From assembly GCA_951406725.2 (NCBI GenBank), contig OX597815.1, positions 51,398,001 through 51,462,000 on the forward strand: a DNA stretch of 64,000 bases, written 5' to 3'. Source of the DNA: Octopus vulgaris. Lineage: Eukaryota. The notes below the pieces were generated by a model. It searched no databases, was not told where the DNA came from, and saw only the letters and a list, made by a program, of their open reading frames with translations. Below, piece after piece: positions 36,481 through 49,815 of the stretch (positions within the stretch are counted from its first letter, which is position 1; every line of letters begins with the position of its first letter). Both the position numbers and the translations under genes were made by a program.

Positions 36481-36898
36481 GTATATTTAAAGAATAAGGT
36501 GAAAATGGAGAGGTAATTAATAAAAAATATTTATTAATTATTAAATATTACAACATCTCTGACAGCTGTTTCGATTCAGAAATCTTTAGATAATTAATTT
36601 ATAAAATTAAAATTATTATAAGATGAATCTCTTTAGAGGTAGCAAGGATATACCGATTAGAAATATATGTTGAGATAATGGCTATAAAACTGTTTTTTAG
36701 CCATTATCTCAACATATATTTCTAATCGGTATATTCTTACTACCTCTAAAGAGATTCATCTTATAATGATTTTAATTTCATAAATTAATTATCTAAAGAT
36801 TTCTGAATCGAAACAGATGTCAGAGATGTTGTCATATTTTATAATTAAATAATTTCACTAACCACCTCTCCATTTTGCCTTATTCATTATATATATAC
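36481..36898. repeat. About 400-bp fold-back palindrome (PLE pLTR-like) with hammerhead-like motifs
   Basis: Inverted arms of about 200 bp with apex aaaac-t-gtttt at 36691; each arm reads outward CTAAAGA-GATTCA...TGAATC-GAAA-CAG(C/A)TG-TC. Confidence 0.92.
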
Positions 36899-36919
36899 AT
36901 AAATATATACATACACACA

Positions 36920-37152
36920 CAAGGTTGCCCAAAAGTCACCTGGCAGTAAATCAAAACCGTTTAATTCCAAGATTTATTTATGTTTAAAAACTGAATGAAT
37001 TTAATAAAAGCATCCAAATATGAAACATCATGAAAACTGTTCAAACTGAAGTCCTTCTTGAGCAAAACATTTTTCCATTCGAATCAATACAGAATTACCG
37101 ATAGTATTTATGGAATTCTGATTGACTGTCAGGTGACATTTGGCCAACCCTA
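36920..37152. mobile_element. Tc1/mariner-type MITE (related to 7340-7542)
   Basis: caaggttgcccaaaagtcacctggcagtaaatc ... gattgactgtcaggtgacatttggccaaccct. Confidence 0.8.
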
Positions 37153-37429
37153 TATATATATATATACACACACACATGTATATATGACAGACTCTCCCAT
37201 CAAAGGCAATATATGAGTGTTCAGGAAGAAAACAAAGAAAGAAATCCAACCAAATAGACAACCAACAACACACTCACATTACAATTAATACCAGTCACCA
37301 ATGTTTATAATTCATTCACTTCACCTGGTGACTCTTCAGGCCACCAAAAGCAACATAGATATGAACATAACTTATTAAACCAGCATGTGGTAGCTGGAAA
37401 CTGATACATGCATGCACACACACACACTA

Positions 37430-37518
<89 letters not shown>

Positions 37519-37929
37519 AATAAATACATCACTGGATATAATAAACAGCAGCAGACCTTGTTGAAATTTCAGGCTTCTCAATTTCTTGATCATACTTTTG
37601 GTATGTACTGTAGAATATTTTCAGCAACCATATTGTCTGATTACTCAGAGATTATGTGACCGAGATAACCAAACTCTTTGACATTCTTGATAAGAAGGTT
37701 ATAAACCTAGAAGTCAGATCACCTAATGATTTTGGAGACATTAAAAGGCCACAAGAGCAGAAATATAGAAGACAAACAAAATTATACTCTTCTGAAATGT
37801 CTGAGACAGTAGAGATAAAAGTTAAATTTAATGAAGGAAAAAAAGATGTCACATAGCTTCAGACAAAATGGAATATACACAGAAAAATAAAAAAAAAAAC
37901 TTCCCAGTTTGCTTAAATATGGTGTATAG

Positions 37930-39060
37930 TTCTACTTTCATTCATGTTGGGAGAGCAAAGGGTGGATATGAGTGGGGAGGACGTGAGTTTAAGATAAACC
38001 ACCTGCTGTTCATGGATGACCTAAAACTGTTTGGAAAATCCTATGAACAGACTGATTCCCTTGTACAGACAGTTCATACATTCGACATGGACATAGGAAT
38101 GGAATTTGGCATTAAAAAATGTGTGGGGTGCTACTACTGAAGTCAAGTAGAATTGATAAGATGGAAGGAATTATATTGCCAGACAGGCAAGTTACCGAAG
38201 AAATTGACAACAATGGGTATAAGCACTTAGGCATCCTGGAAATGAAAGAGAAAGAAACAAAAGAGCTGTTATTAAAGGAATATAAAGAGAGACTGAAATT
38301 GGTGTAAAAGACAAAGTGGTAGGAATAAGAAACTGGCTGTCAACACATGGAACAATGCATCTCTAAGGTATAGTGCTGGTGTGATAGAGTGGAGAAGTGA
38401 TGAACTTAAAGAGCTTGATAGAAGGACCTGTGAAATGTGCATGAAGTCTAAGGATAAGAATCTGGTATGGTTTGTAAAGAATTCAATGAAGAGATCGATG
38501 GCAGGAGTAAGAAAGATGAAAGTCCTAAATAATGATGAAACAAAGGAAAAAGGAGAATTTAAACAAGACAGACAGAATGACACCTTGAATAGATGGAAAG
38601 GGGGGGGTATGGTAAGTTCCGGTGAAAAATGCCTGAGACAACTGACAAAGATCTAGGAATGGATTAGGAAAAGCAACAAGTGACTTGAAAGTTGAAACTG
38701 AAGCCCATAGAAAACCTGTCCAATTATTGTGGACATTGCTTCACCATTGGATCACAGGGTGAATGAGAAGAAAAGTAAGAAAGTTGAAAAATATCAAGAG
38801 CTGAAGAGGGAAGCTAGACAACTATGGAGAATGTGACACTTAGAAGTGGTACAGTGAGCAGTTAGTAAAAGGGTGGATGCATGGCTTAAGACAGGACTGC
38901 TACAGAAAACAGCCTTGTTAGTAACAGTAAAGATTCTAAAGCAGATGTTAGAAAGTTGAAGGAATGACCCAAAGGACCTTTTGGCCACTGGATATGACTT
39001 TCTTTTGTGGTGTAGTGTTGGTATATCATCTGCCAGAGTAAAATTGTCATGGACAATGAT
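37930..39060 (+). pseudogene. R4/Dong-type (RLE) LINE, decayed and internally deleted
   Basis: RT motif INHLLFMDDLKLFGK..DIGMEFGIKKC, GYKHLGILE, RLE region DIASPLDHRVNEK..KVEKYQELKRE and C-terminal LLQKTALLVTVKIL. Confidence 0.9.
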
Positions 39061-39903
39061 GATGATAATAACAACAATTTTCATCATCATCAGTATTATT
39101 ATTGAATAAATGAATGAATTTCAAGGCACTTAGCTTTCTTCGATAATTCTCCTTCTCACAGAGTACAAATTTTTTTTAAATATGCTTTACTTCATCATTA
39201 GCATTCTGAAACTCACAGGTACATAGTTTATTTATTCCTTTTTCACATTATAATATAATGTTGCTACATATTTTCTTGATAATATTTGAAACATACTGTT
39301 TTCAATCAAGTTAAACTGAATTAAAAACAAAACAAAAGATAAAATCTCACAAATTCCAAAGACATTATTTCATTTAAAATCACATAGACATGCAAACAAA
39401 ACTCATATGCAATCACATTATTTAGCATTTTTTTAAATGTTTTATGTCAATCTAGTCATGTTAGCCAAGACTGAATTCACAGATTCTTGTTATTTGCATG
39501 AATTGTTGGAACAGTAGGATATTTTTGGTTAACACCAACAACCATTTAATTATGAAGTATCATTAATGGTTAGTTTCAACAAAGTGGACAGAATTTATTT
39601 GAAAAATGCTTTCTTTTCTTTTTTTTTTGTTTCTTTATTGTTTTCTATTTTCCAAAGGCTTAATCAGGAGCAGTAGTGCCTATGACCTTCACATGTCCTC
39701 CAAAACTGGTGAGATCAACATGTATGATGCTCAAAATAAGAAAACATCTGTGAGTTGACATCTACAGGCAAAACATGGACAGGAAAGGCAGGAAAAGATA
39801 CTAAAGAACAGATACTATATGTGGTGAGAGAACAGTATTACCTGGCCCTTAATTGTGGAATTTTGTCTATTGCAGGCATTTGAACCAAGCTTCCAGCTAG
39901 AAA

Positions 39904-40118
39904 TTAACCCTTTAGCATTTAAACCGACCGTATCCAGCCCAAATATTCTATTTAATTTATGTGCAGATGAGCCAGACTTGGTATCTCACACCTACTTTAC
40001 AATGTCATTCTAAAAATATGCAATTACATCACTGAATTCTCAAAACTATGAGATAATGCATGATGAATTTAAAACAATGTGAATAAAAAAGCATTACATC
40101 TGAATGCTAAAGAGTTAA
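39904..40118. mobile_element. piggyBac-like (TTAA) MITE
   Basis: TTAA-CCCTTTAGCATT...AATGCTAAAGAG-TTAA. Confidence 0.82.
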
Positions 40119-40189
40119 GAATAGTCTTTCAATATGCTGCTTCCCACTGTGCTTTCATTTATGTTGAGTCACTATTCATCAGAAGGTTC

Positions 40190-40640
40190 TGATGAAAAGA
40201 CTTCCCAGTGGCAGCTTTCTACCTAAAAGAACAAGGATAATGTGCCAGGTCTACTTTGAATGGCCTTCATGTTCCCCAGACTTGAGTAACCCATATTTTT
40301 TTCTTGTAGGGATACTGAAAGAGAGAGTTTACATCAACAAACCAGATGCCTTGGTGCAACTGAAGGAGAACATCAATAGAGAAATCAGAGAAGTGGGGTC
40401 TGAAACTCTTGAGGGTATTATGATGCAAGTTTTGGAAAGAGCACAGGTGTACAAAGCCGAAAATATCTGCCATTTAAGTGATGTCATTTTTCATATGTGA
40501 TGTAGTGGTGTTGCAAAATTTGACTTGTGCATAATAATTTCCCTTATGTCCTTTATAGTGTATCAAAATTTCATGCATTTATTTGTAAAGTTAGGGAAGT
40601 TATTAAAAATTGGAGCCCACCAGTGACTTTTGGGACACCC

Positions 40641-40642
<2 letters not shown>
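40190..40642 (+). pseudogene. Tc1/mariner transposase 3' fragment with right TIR
   Basis: WPSCSPDLSNPYFFLVGILKERVYINKP..QLKENINREI (WPPRSPDL-type motif); ends GTGACTTTTGGGACACCCTG-TA. Confidence 0.85.
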
Positions 40643-40697
<55 letters not shown>

Positions 40698-42119
40698 ATA
40701 TATATATATAAGTATTCTCCACCACTGGTAAGATAGTTCAGAATATGATAACTATAGCAAGGTACAGCCATGGGTGTGTGGCTAGGAAGTTCAGTCCCAC
40801 CTTGGGCAAGTGTCTTCTTCTATAGCCATAGACCACCCAAAGCCTTGTGACTTGATTAGGTGGACTAAGACTGAAAGTTAAGAGTTAGCAACAGAACAAT
40901 TTTCAGGCCAGAGAAAATCTGCCACAACAAACTCCATCTGCCCCATGCAAGTATGGAAAAGTGGGCATTAAAATGATGATGACAATGATGATGATGATGA
41001 TGATGATAATGAGTCTTTCCCTCAGCTACACTGTCAGTGATCAGTAAACTGTAATACATTCCAGCAGTTTCAAGTAAATATGTTTGAAATAAAATAGAGC
41101 ACATCAATAAAATTTGGTGAGAAGACACTGTGTTATAGAATAAAATAAAAGAGTAGGTTATGTTGTAAATAAGATGCAAATCGAAGTATTTTATTGAATC
41201 TGAGTGGGTAAAGGATGGGAAGTTTTCTTTGTCACTGATGCAGCTTTCTTTCTTAATGTCTCATCCAATGATGACAACTAGTCATTGGATACTTGTTTCC
41301 TTCTATTATCCGGTTCAATTATTGTATGCTGTTTATCAGATATGTATTTCCTTCAAATATCAGGTTCTATGACACTACTGGTTGGATACTTGTTTCCTTC
41401 TGAACTCTAGTCTGACAAATATTCCAATAACATGAGCACAACAAAGCCAACACTAGCATTGCTCCTCGTTTCTTCCAGTCTATGAATATTTCACACAATG
41501 CATTGTTACAACATGATTTCAAGCTGTAGAACTTAGCAACGGAAGTTCTGTGATCATACACAGTTCATCAAGAACTCACACACAAGACATTTTATTTTGA
41601 ATGTCTTTTGTGAGAATTTAACAATACCATCTCAAGATGAATTGACATTACTTATTGCAGCAGATAAGTTATTCTACACTCAAACCAAAATGCCAATCAC
41701 ACAGAACAGCTAGTACAACTTTGATAGGTCAGTAAACTTACACACACACACACACACAAATTAAAAAGGGTGGCTTATTAGCAATTAGAATCTAAAGGCA
41801 AAATTAATAGAGGTCCAAAAAGTAACAGAGAGTACTGACTAGCACTGCCTTTGCTAAAAATAAGAGTTAAAACAACTCAAAAGCCACAAAAGCACTGAAC
41901 TTGATGACTGATAATTTTGGATTTTTGAAGTAGACCATTTTAATCCTCATCAGCAACTCTTAACACCTAGGGTTAAACTCAATTACGTCTGTTATAAGAA
42001 AAACCGTTGAAAATGTGTGCTGATTTTTAAAACAGTACAAAGTATAAACAACAAATTAGGATTAAGATGGTCAACATCAAAATCTGAAATCATGATCTGA
42101 CTATGTACACACACATACT

Positions 42120-42182
<63 letters not shown>

Positions 42183-42592
42183 TATTGATGTAATTACAGT
42201 TGAGTAGTTCTATTCAGTTCTATTTCCACAGATCTATGATCTATGGGACAGAGATAAATAGCTAAAAGTTTGGAACCAATAAGTAGATCCATAACTCTAG
42301 GTATATAAATATAAAATGTCAATGAGTTGGTCTGGATTAGTGTTAAAACAACATGGTAATTGTACAGCAATTAATATCCTCTTTAGAGTAGTAAATTTAT
42401 ATAATAGTGACAATCTCTGCCATCAGACCCTCATTCATGGATATGTATATAATCCCAGATTGGAGTCAAATTAAGAACATTTAATTTCAAACTAGTGGTA
42501 GTAACCACCTTATCTTATAAGGGTATCATGTACACTGGCATATATACGTACACACATATATATATAGATACATACATACATACATATATATA

Positions 42593-42647
<55 letters not shown>

Positions 42648-42948
42648 TAAACATCACGTGACCTTCTTTGACCAATTGCAGCCCATCCACCGGTAGTCAT
42701 CTTGAACTTCCTGCATCTCTATTGTCATTCAAATTTCACTGGCCCAATGATAAAAACTAGATGGCCCTGATGAAAACTAGAGATTGTACAATCAGAATAT
42801 AGTGTAGATATAAATATTGTAAGACTGTACTTTACTGTTATGTACATGCAGTAATTTATAAATTGTAATTTATAAACTCTAAAGATGACATTAAATAAAT
42901 CAGAATAATTACAATTTTTATAATGATTCATCTCAGACATTTAATTCT

Positions 42949-43162
42949 TTAACCCTTTTATGAGCATATTTCTAATGAAATACACAGCCTATTTATTTCA
43001 GTGCAACTTAAAAATAGTGAATTTGGAAGGATTTAACAAAAAAGCTATTTTATAATTAATCCAACTTAGCCAAAAATTCTTACTTGTGATGGAAGGTAAA
43101 ATCAAATGTAGTATATCACAGAGCTACAAAGAATCTCAGGCAGGTTGGCAACAAAAGGGTTA
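42949..43162. mobile_element. Second piggyBac-like MITE family (tentative)
   Basis: ttaacccttttatg...caacaaaagggttag; partial match near 21350-21420. Confidence 0.5.
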
Positions 43163-43169
43163 GTAAGGT

Positions 43170-43370
43170 GTAAGATGTGACATCACGCTTGTTTGGGACT
43201 TAAGTACTAAAGCTGATAGAGCTATTAAGGCCAACAGACCAGATATTATGGTGAAAAAATCATAGTGAGAAAACACGTTTGCTAGTAGATATATCAAAAT
43301 CTCAGGAGACTGCAACACCTCAGTGAAAAATGTTTGAAAAGTTAAATATGACCTTGAAACAGAAGTCTCG
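43170..43370 (+). pseudogene. R4/Dong-type RLE fragment
   Basis: LVWDLSTKADRAIKANRPDIMVK motif. Confidence 0.6.
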
Positions 43371-43805
43371 AGCTCTTAAACTTTATGAGATGACAGGGCC
43401 AATCTGTAGGCAAAAAAGTTGGATGGTGAAGAAGATTGTATCAATCTATTCAATTTTCTACAAGAATATAGTTTTATACATGTAAAGTAGTTACTTTATT
43501 TTTTATAATTTTTTCAAAAAATAAGTGCATGCCCTCTGTAGGGCTTGTGAAAAAAGCTCTGCCTTCTTAGCACTGAAACTCTAAATGAGGCTCCATCTCC
43601 AAAGGGTTAAATGTTATCAGATACAAGGAAACCAAAGAAGTATCAGGACTCTAAAAAATTGTTTTCAGGGTTTCTGCCCAATCAATGTGAGAATAGTTGA
43701 ATATTAAAAACATTTTTTTAAATTTCAAATATTACGAAAACTTTTAATTGAATCTTAGTTCTCAGTTTTTTATCTTCTTTCCTAAAAAGCTATCTTTGGC
43801 ACTCA

Positions 43806-44120
43806 TAAATACAGGACCCCTTTCAGTCATGAATGACCATGGGATTGCATCTAGACAGTTATTCTCCGAGACACAAGTTCAGGCAAGGTTGTTTATTAAA
43901 GACCAGCAGTCACCCATGCATACCAGTTTCCCCTCTCCAATGTTATCCAAGGGAAAGGCAAAGACTGATGCAACTTGGCACCAGTGATGTCGTAACTCAC
44001 TTTTACAGTTGAGTGAACTGGAGCAACATGAAATAAAGTGTCTTGCTCAATTAAGAACACAACACATAGCCCAATCTGGGAATCAAATTCACTGCCTCAC
44101 GATTCTACTGAGCCAACACC
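43806..44120 (-). mobile_element. Family-E SINE
   Basis: Reverse complement of 33101-33432 (gagtgaactggagcaacatgaaataaagtgtcttgctcaa). Confidence 0.75.
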
Positions 44121-44389
44121 ACAGTTTAATTTCTAACTTGCTGTTTTTTGAAGTCTCTGAGTGAGACTTGGAACAGTTCATATTAAACAAAGCAACAACA
44201 AGAAAAACAATAATAATAATCCTTTCTACTTTAGATATAAGGCCTGAAATGTTTTGACCCCAAAAATACAAAAGGCAAAGTTGGCCTTGGTGGAATTTGA
44301 AATCAGAACATTAAACTAAAAGAAATGCTGCAAAGCTTTTTGTTTGGCATGCTAATAATTCTACCAGCTTGCTGCCCAATAATCTCTTT

Positions 44390-44950
44390 CTCTTTAGGTG
44401 CCATGTCTAAAATGTAGGGCATAGGTGATCATGTCCTGCTACAATTCTCTGTTCTTTGTTTTCTGTAGCTCTTCCAATTCCTGATGTTTAATGCCTCTTT
44501 CTTGTAACCAGTTTGTCAAATTTGACATCCATATCATCCTTCTCCTTCCTCTGCTTCTTTTCCCTTCAATCTTTCTGGTCATCATTAAATTCACCAGGCC
44601 CTCTCCAGGCCCTCTTTCTTCATCACATGACCAAGAAATCTCAGTTGCATGGTCCTTATCTCATGAAGCAGTTTCCTATTTACCATAGATTTCTTTATTA
44701 GCCACAGCCCAGGTTATCGCTGTCTGTCAATACTATCCTCAATATTCCCCTTAAGAACCAAATTTAGAGCTCTCCAAGTACCTTCACATTTCTGATATTA
44801 TAGACCATACCTCACTTCCATACATTAACACAGGGTAGACACAGCATTTCAATAAACACATCTTGGTCTTGATACACAGAGTACAGTTTTCCAAGATGTA
44901 CAATTTTGAGAATGCAAGTTTAGTCTGCTTTTGAATAGGCTTAGCCATGT
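44390..44950 (-). pseudogene. Decayed RTE-like LINE 3' fragment
   Basis: Minus strand shows residual MYGSEVWS, LGHVMKK and RRGRRRM.WMSNL motifs. Confidence 0.55.
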
Positions 44951-45131
44951 CCTACCCTAGGCAGCAGTGGTGCAGTACAAGTGTCTCAGCAGATGATCCT
45001 TGAGTGATGGACTGTGGTAGGCATTCTGGTAACCCAAAATATGGCTATCACACACTGCAGTGAAGATGTCAGCAGGAAACCACTTCACAATTTTACAATT
45101 CCCAAGAACAATCAATCATAATACTAACATC

Positions 45132-45183
<52 letters not shown>

Positions 45184-45350
45184 GTTTCAAACTTTGGCAC
45201 AAGGCCAGCAATCCCAGGGGTAAGGGTAAGTCAATTACGTTGAACCCACAAGGATGAAAGATAAAGTCAACCTCAGTGGAATTTGAACTCAGAATGTAAA
45301 GATGGATGAAATGCTGCTAAGCATTTACCGGCATGCTAACGATTCTGCCA
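45132..45350 (-). mobile_element. Family-B SINE with long (TTA)n tail
   Basis: (AAT)n at 45132-45182 followed by the reverse complement of the family-B body. Confidence 0.8.
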
Positions 45351-46618
45351 GCAGCAGCAACAATGACAACAACATCATTATGAATTATGACATTTGAATT
45401 GCATTGCTAATGTAAAGGGTGACTGTCTTTCGTCAATGTCTTCTCTAAAGCATGGGATTCGCAGAAAAGTGACATCCAACCTCTTCATTCTCAGTCTCAC
45501 TCTACTTACAGTTACCCTCCTACTGATTGCATATGACTTTTTTTTTTCTGCAAGTGTCCATTATCCAATAACATATCAAGTCCATAGCAGTATGACTGCC
45601 TCTCTTGCACACTTACACTAATGCCTTGAATGCAAAATGTCATTCACTCAGGCCAGTACTGCTCTGCCTTATATACAGAGGTCACATTATACACCCAATA
45701 GATATACATTTCATACCATTTCTCTCCAATCTCAACAGATCTTCTATATTCAATACCCATGTCTTACTACCAAGCAACATCACACTCTACCTTTCACATA
45801 TCTGCCACCACCCCTTCTTCACACAACCTACTGTGTTCTCACTACGCCCAACTCCAAAACTAATTAGACATAACTAATTATCTTCTTCCTTGCCAATCAA
45901 GGACCTTTTAAGTAGTTTCTCAAACTTATAGAAATAACAAACAATTCTCTTTCAAATTACAAAGTAAAGCTTTAACAAATATGGAAGACACATTGTACAA
46001 TGTAATCCTGGATATACATAAACAGATAAGACACCAAGGATGGAAGTTCAAAAACTGCTCAGCTGGATCTATATGCATATGTATGCATTTGTGTGTGTGT
46101 GTGTGTGTGTGTGCACACATGCATGTGTGTATACACAGCACAGGATGTATTAGAAAACATGAGAAAAACTGAAGTAGTTAAACTACACTTCTTAAATCTT
46201 TCAAAATAGAACTTTCATGGACAGAAAAAAATAAAAGAGATTCCTCTGACATATTTCGCTATTTGTTGATCATCATCAGAGGACAAGTATCATTGCATAC
46301 CTTCAGGCCACAAACAAAACTTATCATTAACTGCTATTCAAATTGAACACAAACTAGACCTTAGCTGAAAGGACTACACTAATAAGTGCACACGTGCGTG
46401 TGTGTGTATGTGTGTGTGTACATACAAATATTAAACAATGAGAACGAATGCTCAGCATCACATTGGTGGATAAAGACTGGTTAAAGATTGGTTAAGGAAG
46501 TTGTGGATACCACAATGGAGGCAAACACCCATGTTCCATGTGATAGGCTTGATATTTGTTAAGGACTTCCTTAACATGAAACCAATTGAAGCCTTAATCC
46601 ACAAATAAAGAATCTCTC

Positions 46619-46671
<53 letters not shown>

Positions 46672-46819
46672 CACACACAAACTGAACAATATCATTTACC
46701 ATGCAAGTATAGATTAAACAAAAGGATATTTGCCCAAGATGCCACACACATATATATGCATACATACTTATGTACACACATATATATATCTACACACAAG
46801 CACAATATTTTACTTACAT

Positions 46820-47036
46820 AAGGCAGCAATCTCGTAGAATCATTAGCACACTGGGCAAAATGCTTAGTGGCATTTCATCCATTTTTACATTCTGAGTTCA
46901 AATTCCACCGAGGTCGACTTTGCCTTTCATCCTTTCGGGGTCGATAAAATAAGTACCAGTTAAGTACTGGGGTCCATGCAATTGACTTACCGCCTACCCA
47001 GAATTGCTGGCCTTGTGCCAAAATTTGAAACCAATA
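46820..47036 (+). mobile_element. Family-B SINE, full length
   Basis: ggcagcaatctcgtagaatc..gaggtcgactttgcctttcatcctttcggggtcgataaaataagtaccag. Confidence 0.88.
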
Positions 47037-47309
47037 TTTTAATCACACACACACACACAATCATACAAGTACATATACTTTCATAAAAATATCCATACTT
47101 ATCAATGCATATGCATTTTCTGTTGCTAACCCACCCTTCCTTGTTTTCCAAGTGACCTATATTCATTCTAACAGCATTCATATGTAGAAAGCAACAAAGC
47201 CAGTGAATCTACAGGATTTCTGCTAAGCAGGGAATGAAAATAAAGACCCTGCTGTTTTTGCTGAGGTGTTGCTAACAAGGACACATGGAAGTGACATTCA
47301 CATATGCAT

Positions 47310-47394
<85 letters not shown>

Positions 47395-48912
47395 ACAAGC
47401 TCTTTCTAAGTTTCTCTCAACCAATCCTTTTCACAAGGCTATAGCAGAAGACATTTGCCCAAAGTAACAGGCAGTGGAACCAAAATCTACACTTATCAAT
47501 TTCACCACACAACCTTATTCTTACAGGGCAAAACAGATCACTGTGTAGAGTTAAGTGTAAACTTATGCCAAGAACATGTTCTTTGAGAATAAAAAATCTT
47601 ATTGAACAATTAAGAGGAGTTAGTAAAGGATAGTGACTTTCATTAAACACACACACACACTTATAGACACACACAAACTCATACATGTTTATTTTGTGAG
47701 AGTGTGTGCACATGTGCATGTGTGTGTGTGTGAGCATGAATGCTGATAGCAAAAAGATAGTTAAAGACAATCCCCATTGCTTATGTCCTACATATACAGA
47801 TGAAAATACAAACACTGACATTCATCTATACACAAATTGCACATACATCCATACACACTATAAAAACAAACATACATCAAATACAAATATATAGACAATA
47901 AAAGATAACTTACAAATACTGTAAATATCTATATCTGCCTATCTAACTATCATATACATACACACACACATACACACACACACACGCATATACATATACA
48001 TATATATAACATGGATGTTGTAACAACCAAAATGGAAAAAATATTCTATATGTATGCATATAGTGTGTACATGTACATGAGTGAGACTGTATATGCGTGT
48101 ATCTATTTGAATGTGCATATCTGTATCATGAGTTTATGTATTTGTGCGTATCTGTGCTGCTTCTATACATACATATAGACACACACACATATATATAAAT
48201 GTGTGACACACACACACACATATACATATATGTGTGTGTGAAGAATGATTCAGGGGTTATTAGTTCAAGCATTGAGTTCTATCCAAAATGGCTTCTGAAG
48301 ACAGGAAAGAGTAAGTTTCCTGTTTTGTTTACTCTCTATGTGCAAATGGCTGCCATATGAAATCAATGCATATCAGTGTGAAAGTGGTTGACTGTAGCAG
48401 AACAGGCCATATCATTGACACCGACAGAGTGTGTTAGTGACAATAAGATGTCATGTTTAATATGTGATTGGGCTGCACGCAGTGATGGTATACTTACACG
48501 GAAAGCTGCACATGTGAAAACAAAAATTTCTTTACATCAACACATGACAGCATTTTTATTTATTTTTTTTTTTTTTTTTTTCACACAAGAAAAAAAAAAG
48601 TGTTATGCAATGCAATCACCAAACACATGGAAATAAACAACCTTGAATTTGTTATATTCAGATACGATAAGGTGAGGCCATGAGAAAACAAAGAAAGGCA
48701 GAGTATAATGGAGCGTGAGTGTGTGTGTGTGTGTGTGAGTGAAGGAGAAGGGGAATAAATTGCAGAGTTTATCAAAGGGAACCAACAAACGAAACAGAAA
48801 CTGTTAACCCCCTGCTCATACCTTAGAATCTTTATGCATTCATTTATTTTCATAAACAAGTCAAAAGTAAACAAAAGCAACTGGTCTTTTCCATATATTC
48901 TCTCTCTTACTC

Positions 48913-48977
<65 letters not shown>

Positions 48978-49779
48978 TCATACACAGAAGTAAACAACTT
49001 GATCCACAATCTGTTGTTTTGAATTTCATTATCAACTGTGATTGAGTATTTTAATTTTTTTCCCAAATCTTGCAAAAATTTCAAGCTAGATGACTGACTT
49101 CATGAAACTCACATATAGATGGCATCATCACATGATATCATCATGTGAAAAGAAAATTAAGACACAATTCAGATGAAGGAGACTTGTATCACTGAGAAAA
49201 TTCTATGCATTTGACTGTGTTTGCATTTCATATTTCTTTTTTGCAAGGAAATTTTCAAATGAAGTACAAACATTGACAAAATGTAACCTCAACCACATCA
49301 TCATCATCATCATCATCTTCATTGTTATCATCATCATCTTCATCTTTATTTCAATCATTGCTGTTGTGGTTGCTGTCAAAGTTGTTGTGTAGCCAAAGCC
49401 AACTTTTGACAAAGCAAACCTAGAACATGCAGATGGTCTAAGAAATAATGATGTTCAACACACATACCTATTGTCCCAAATATGCCATGCCCCTCCCCCT
49501 CCACACTCTCCCACTTATGCTGTTGTTAGCAATCTCAGATTACAAACTATTACAAATTAATACATTCTCAATTTGCTGGAGTTGATTTATATAACATTAC
49601 TGCAAGTTTCTTGTTTATAAACACCTGGACATGAAATTAAAGGTGCACAATTGTCACTCAGATTTAAACAAATCTATTAGTCAGGTGTGCATTTTGCATG
49701 TGTGTGTGTGTGTGTGTGTGTGTGCATGCATGTATGTAGATATGCACACAAACACAAATATATGCATGCACATATATAT

Positions 49780-49815
<36 letters not shown>

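Noticed and set aside
41210-41640. Possible hAT transposase fragment with a 20-bp direct repeat (ttggatacttgtttccttct)
   Set aside because: The similarity (IDWKK..GAM) is too weak to support without a search.
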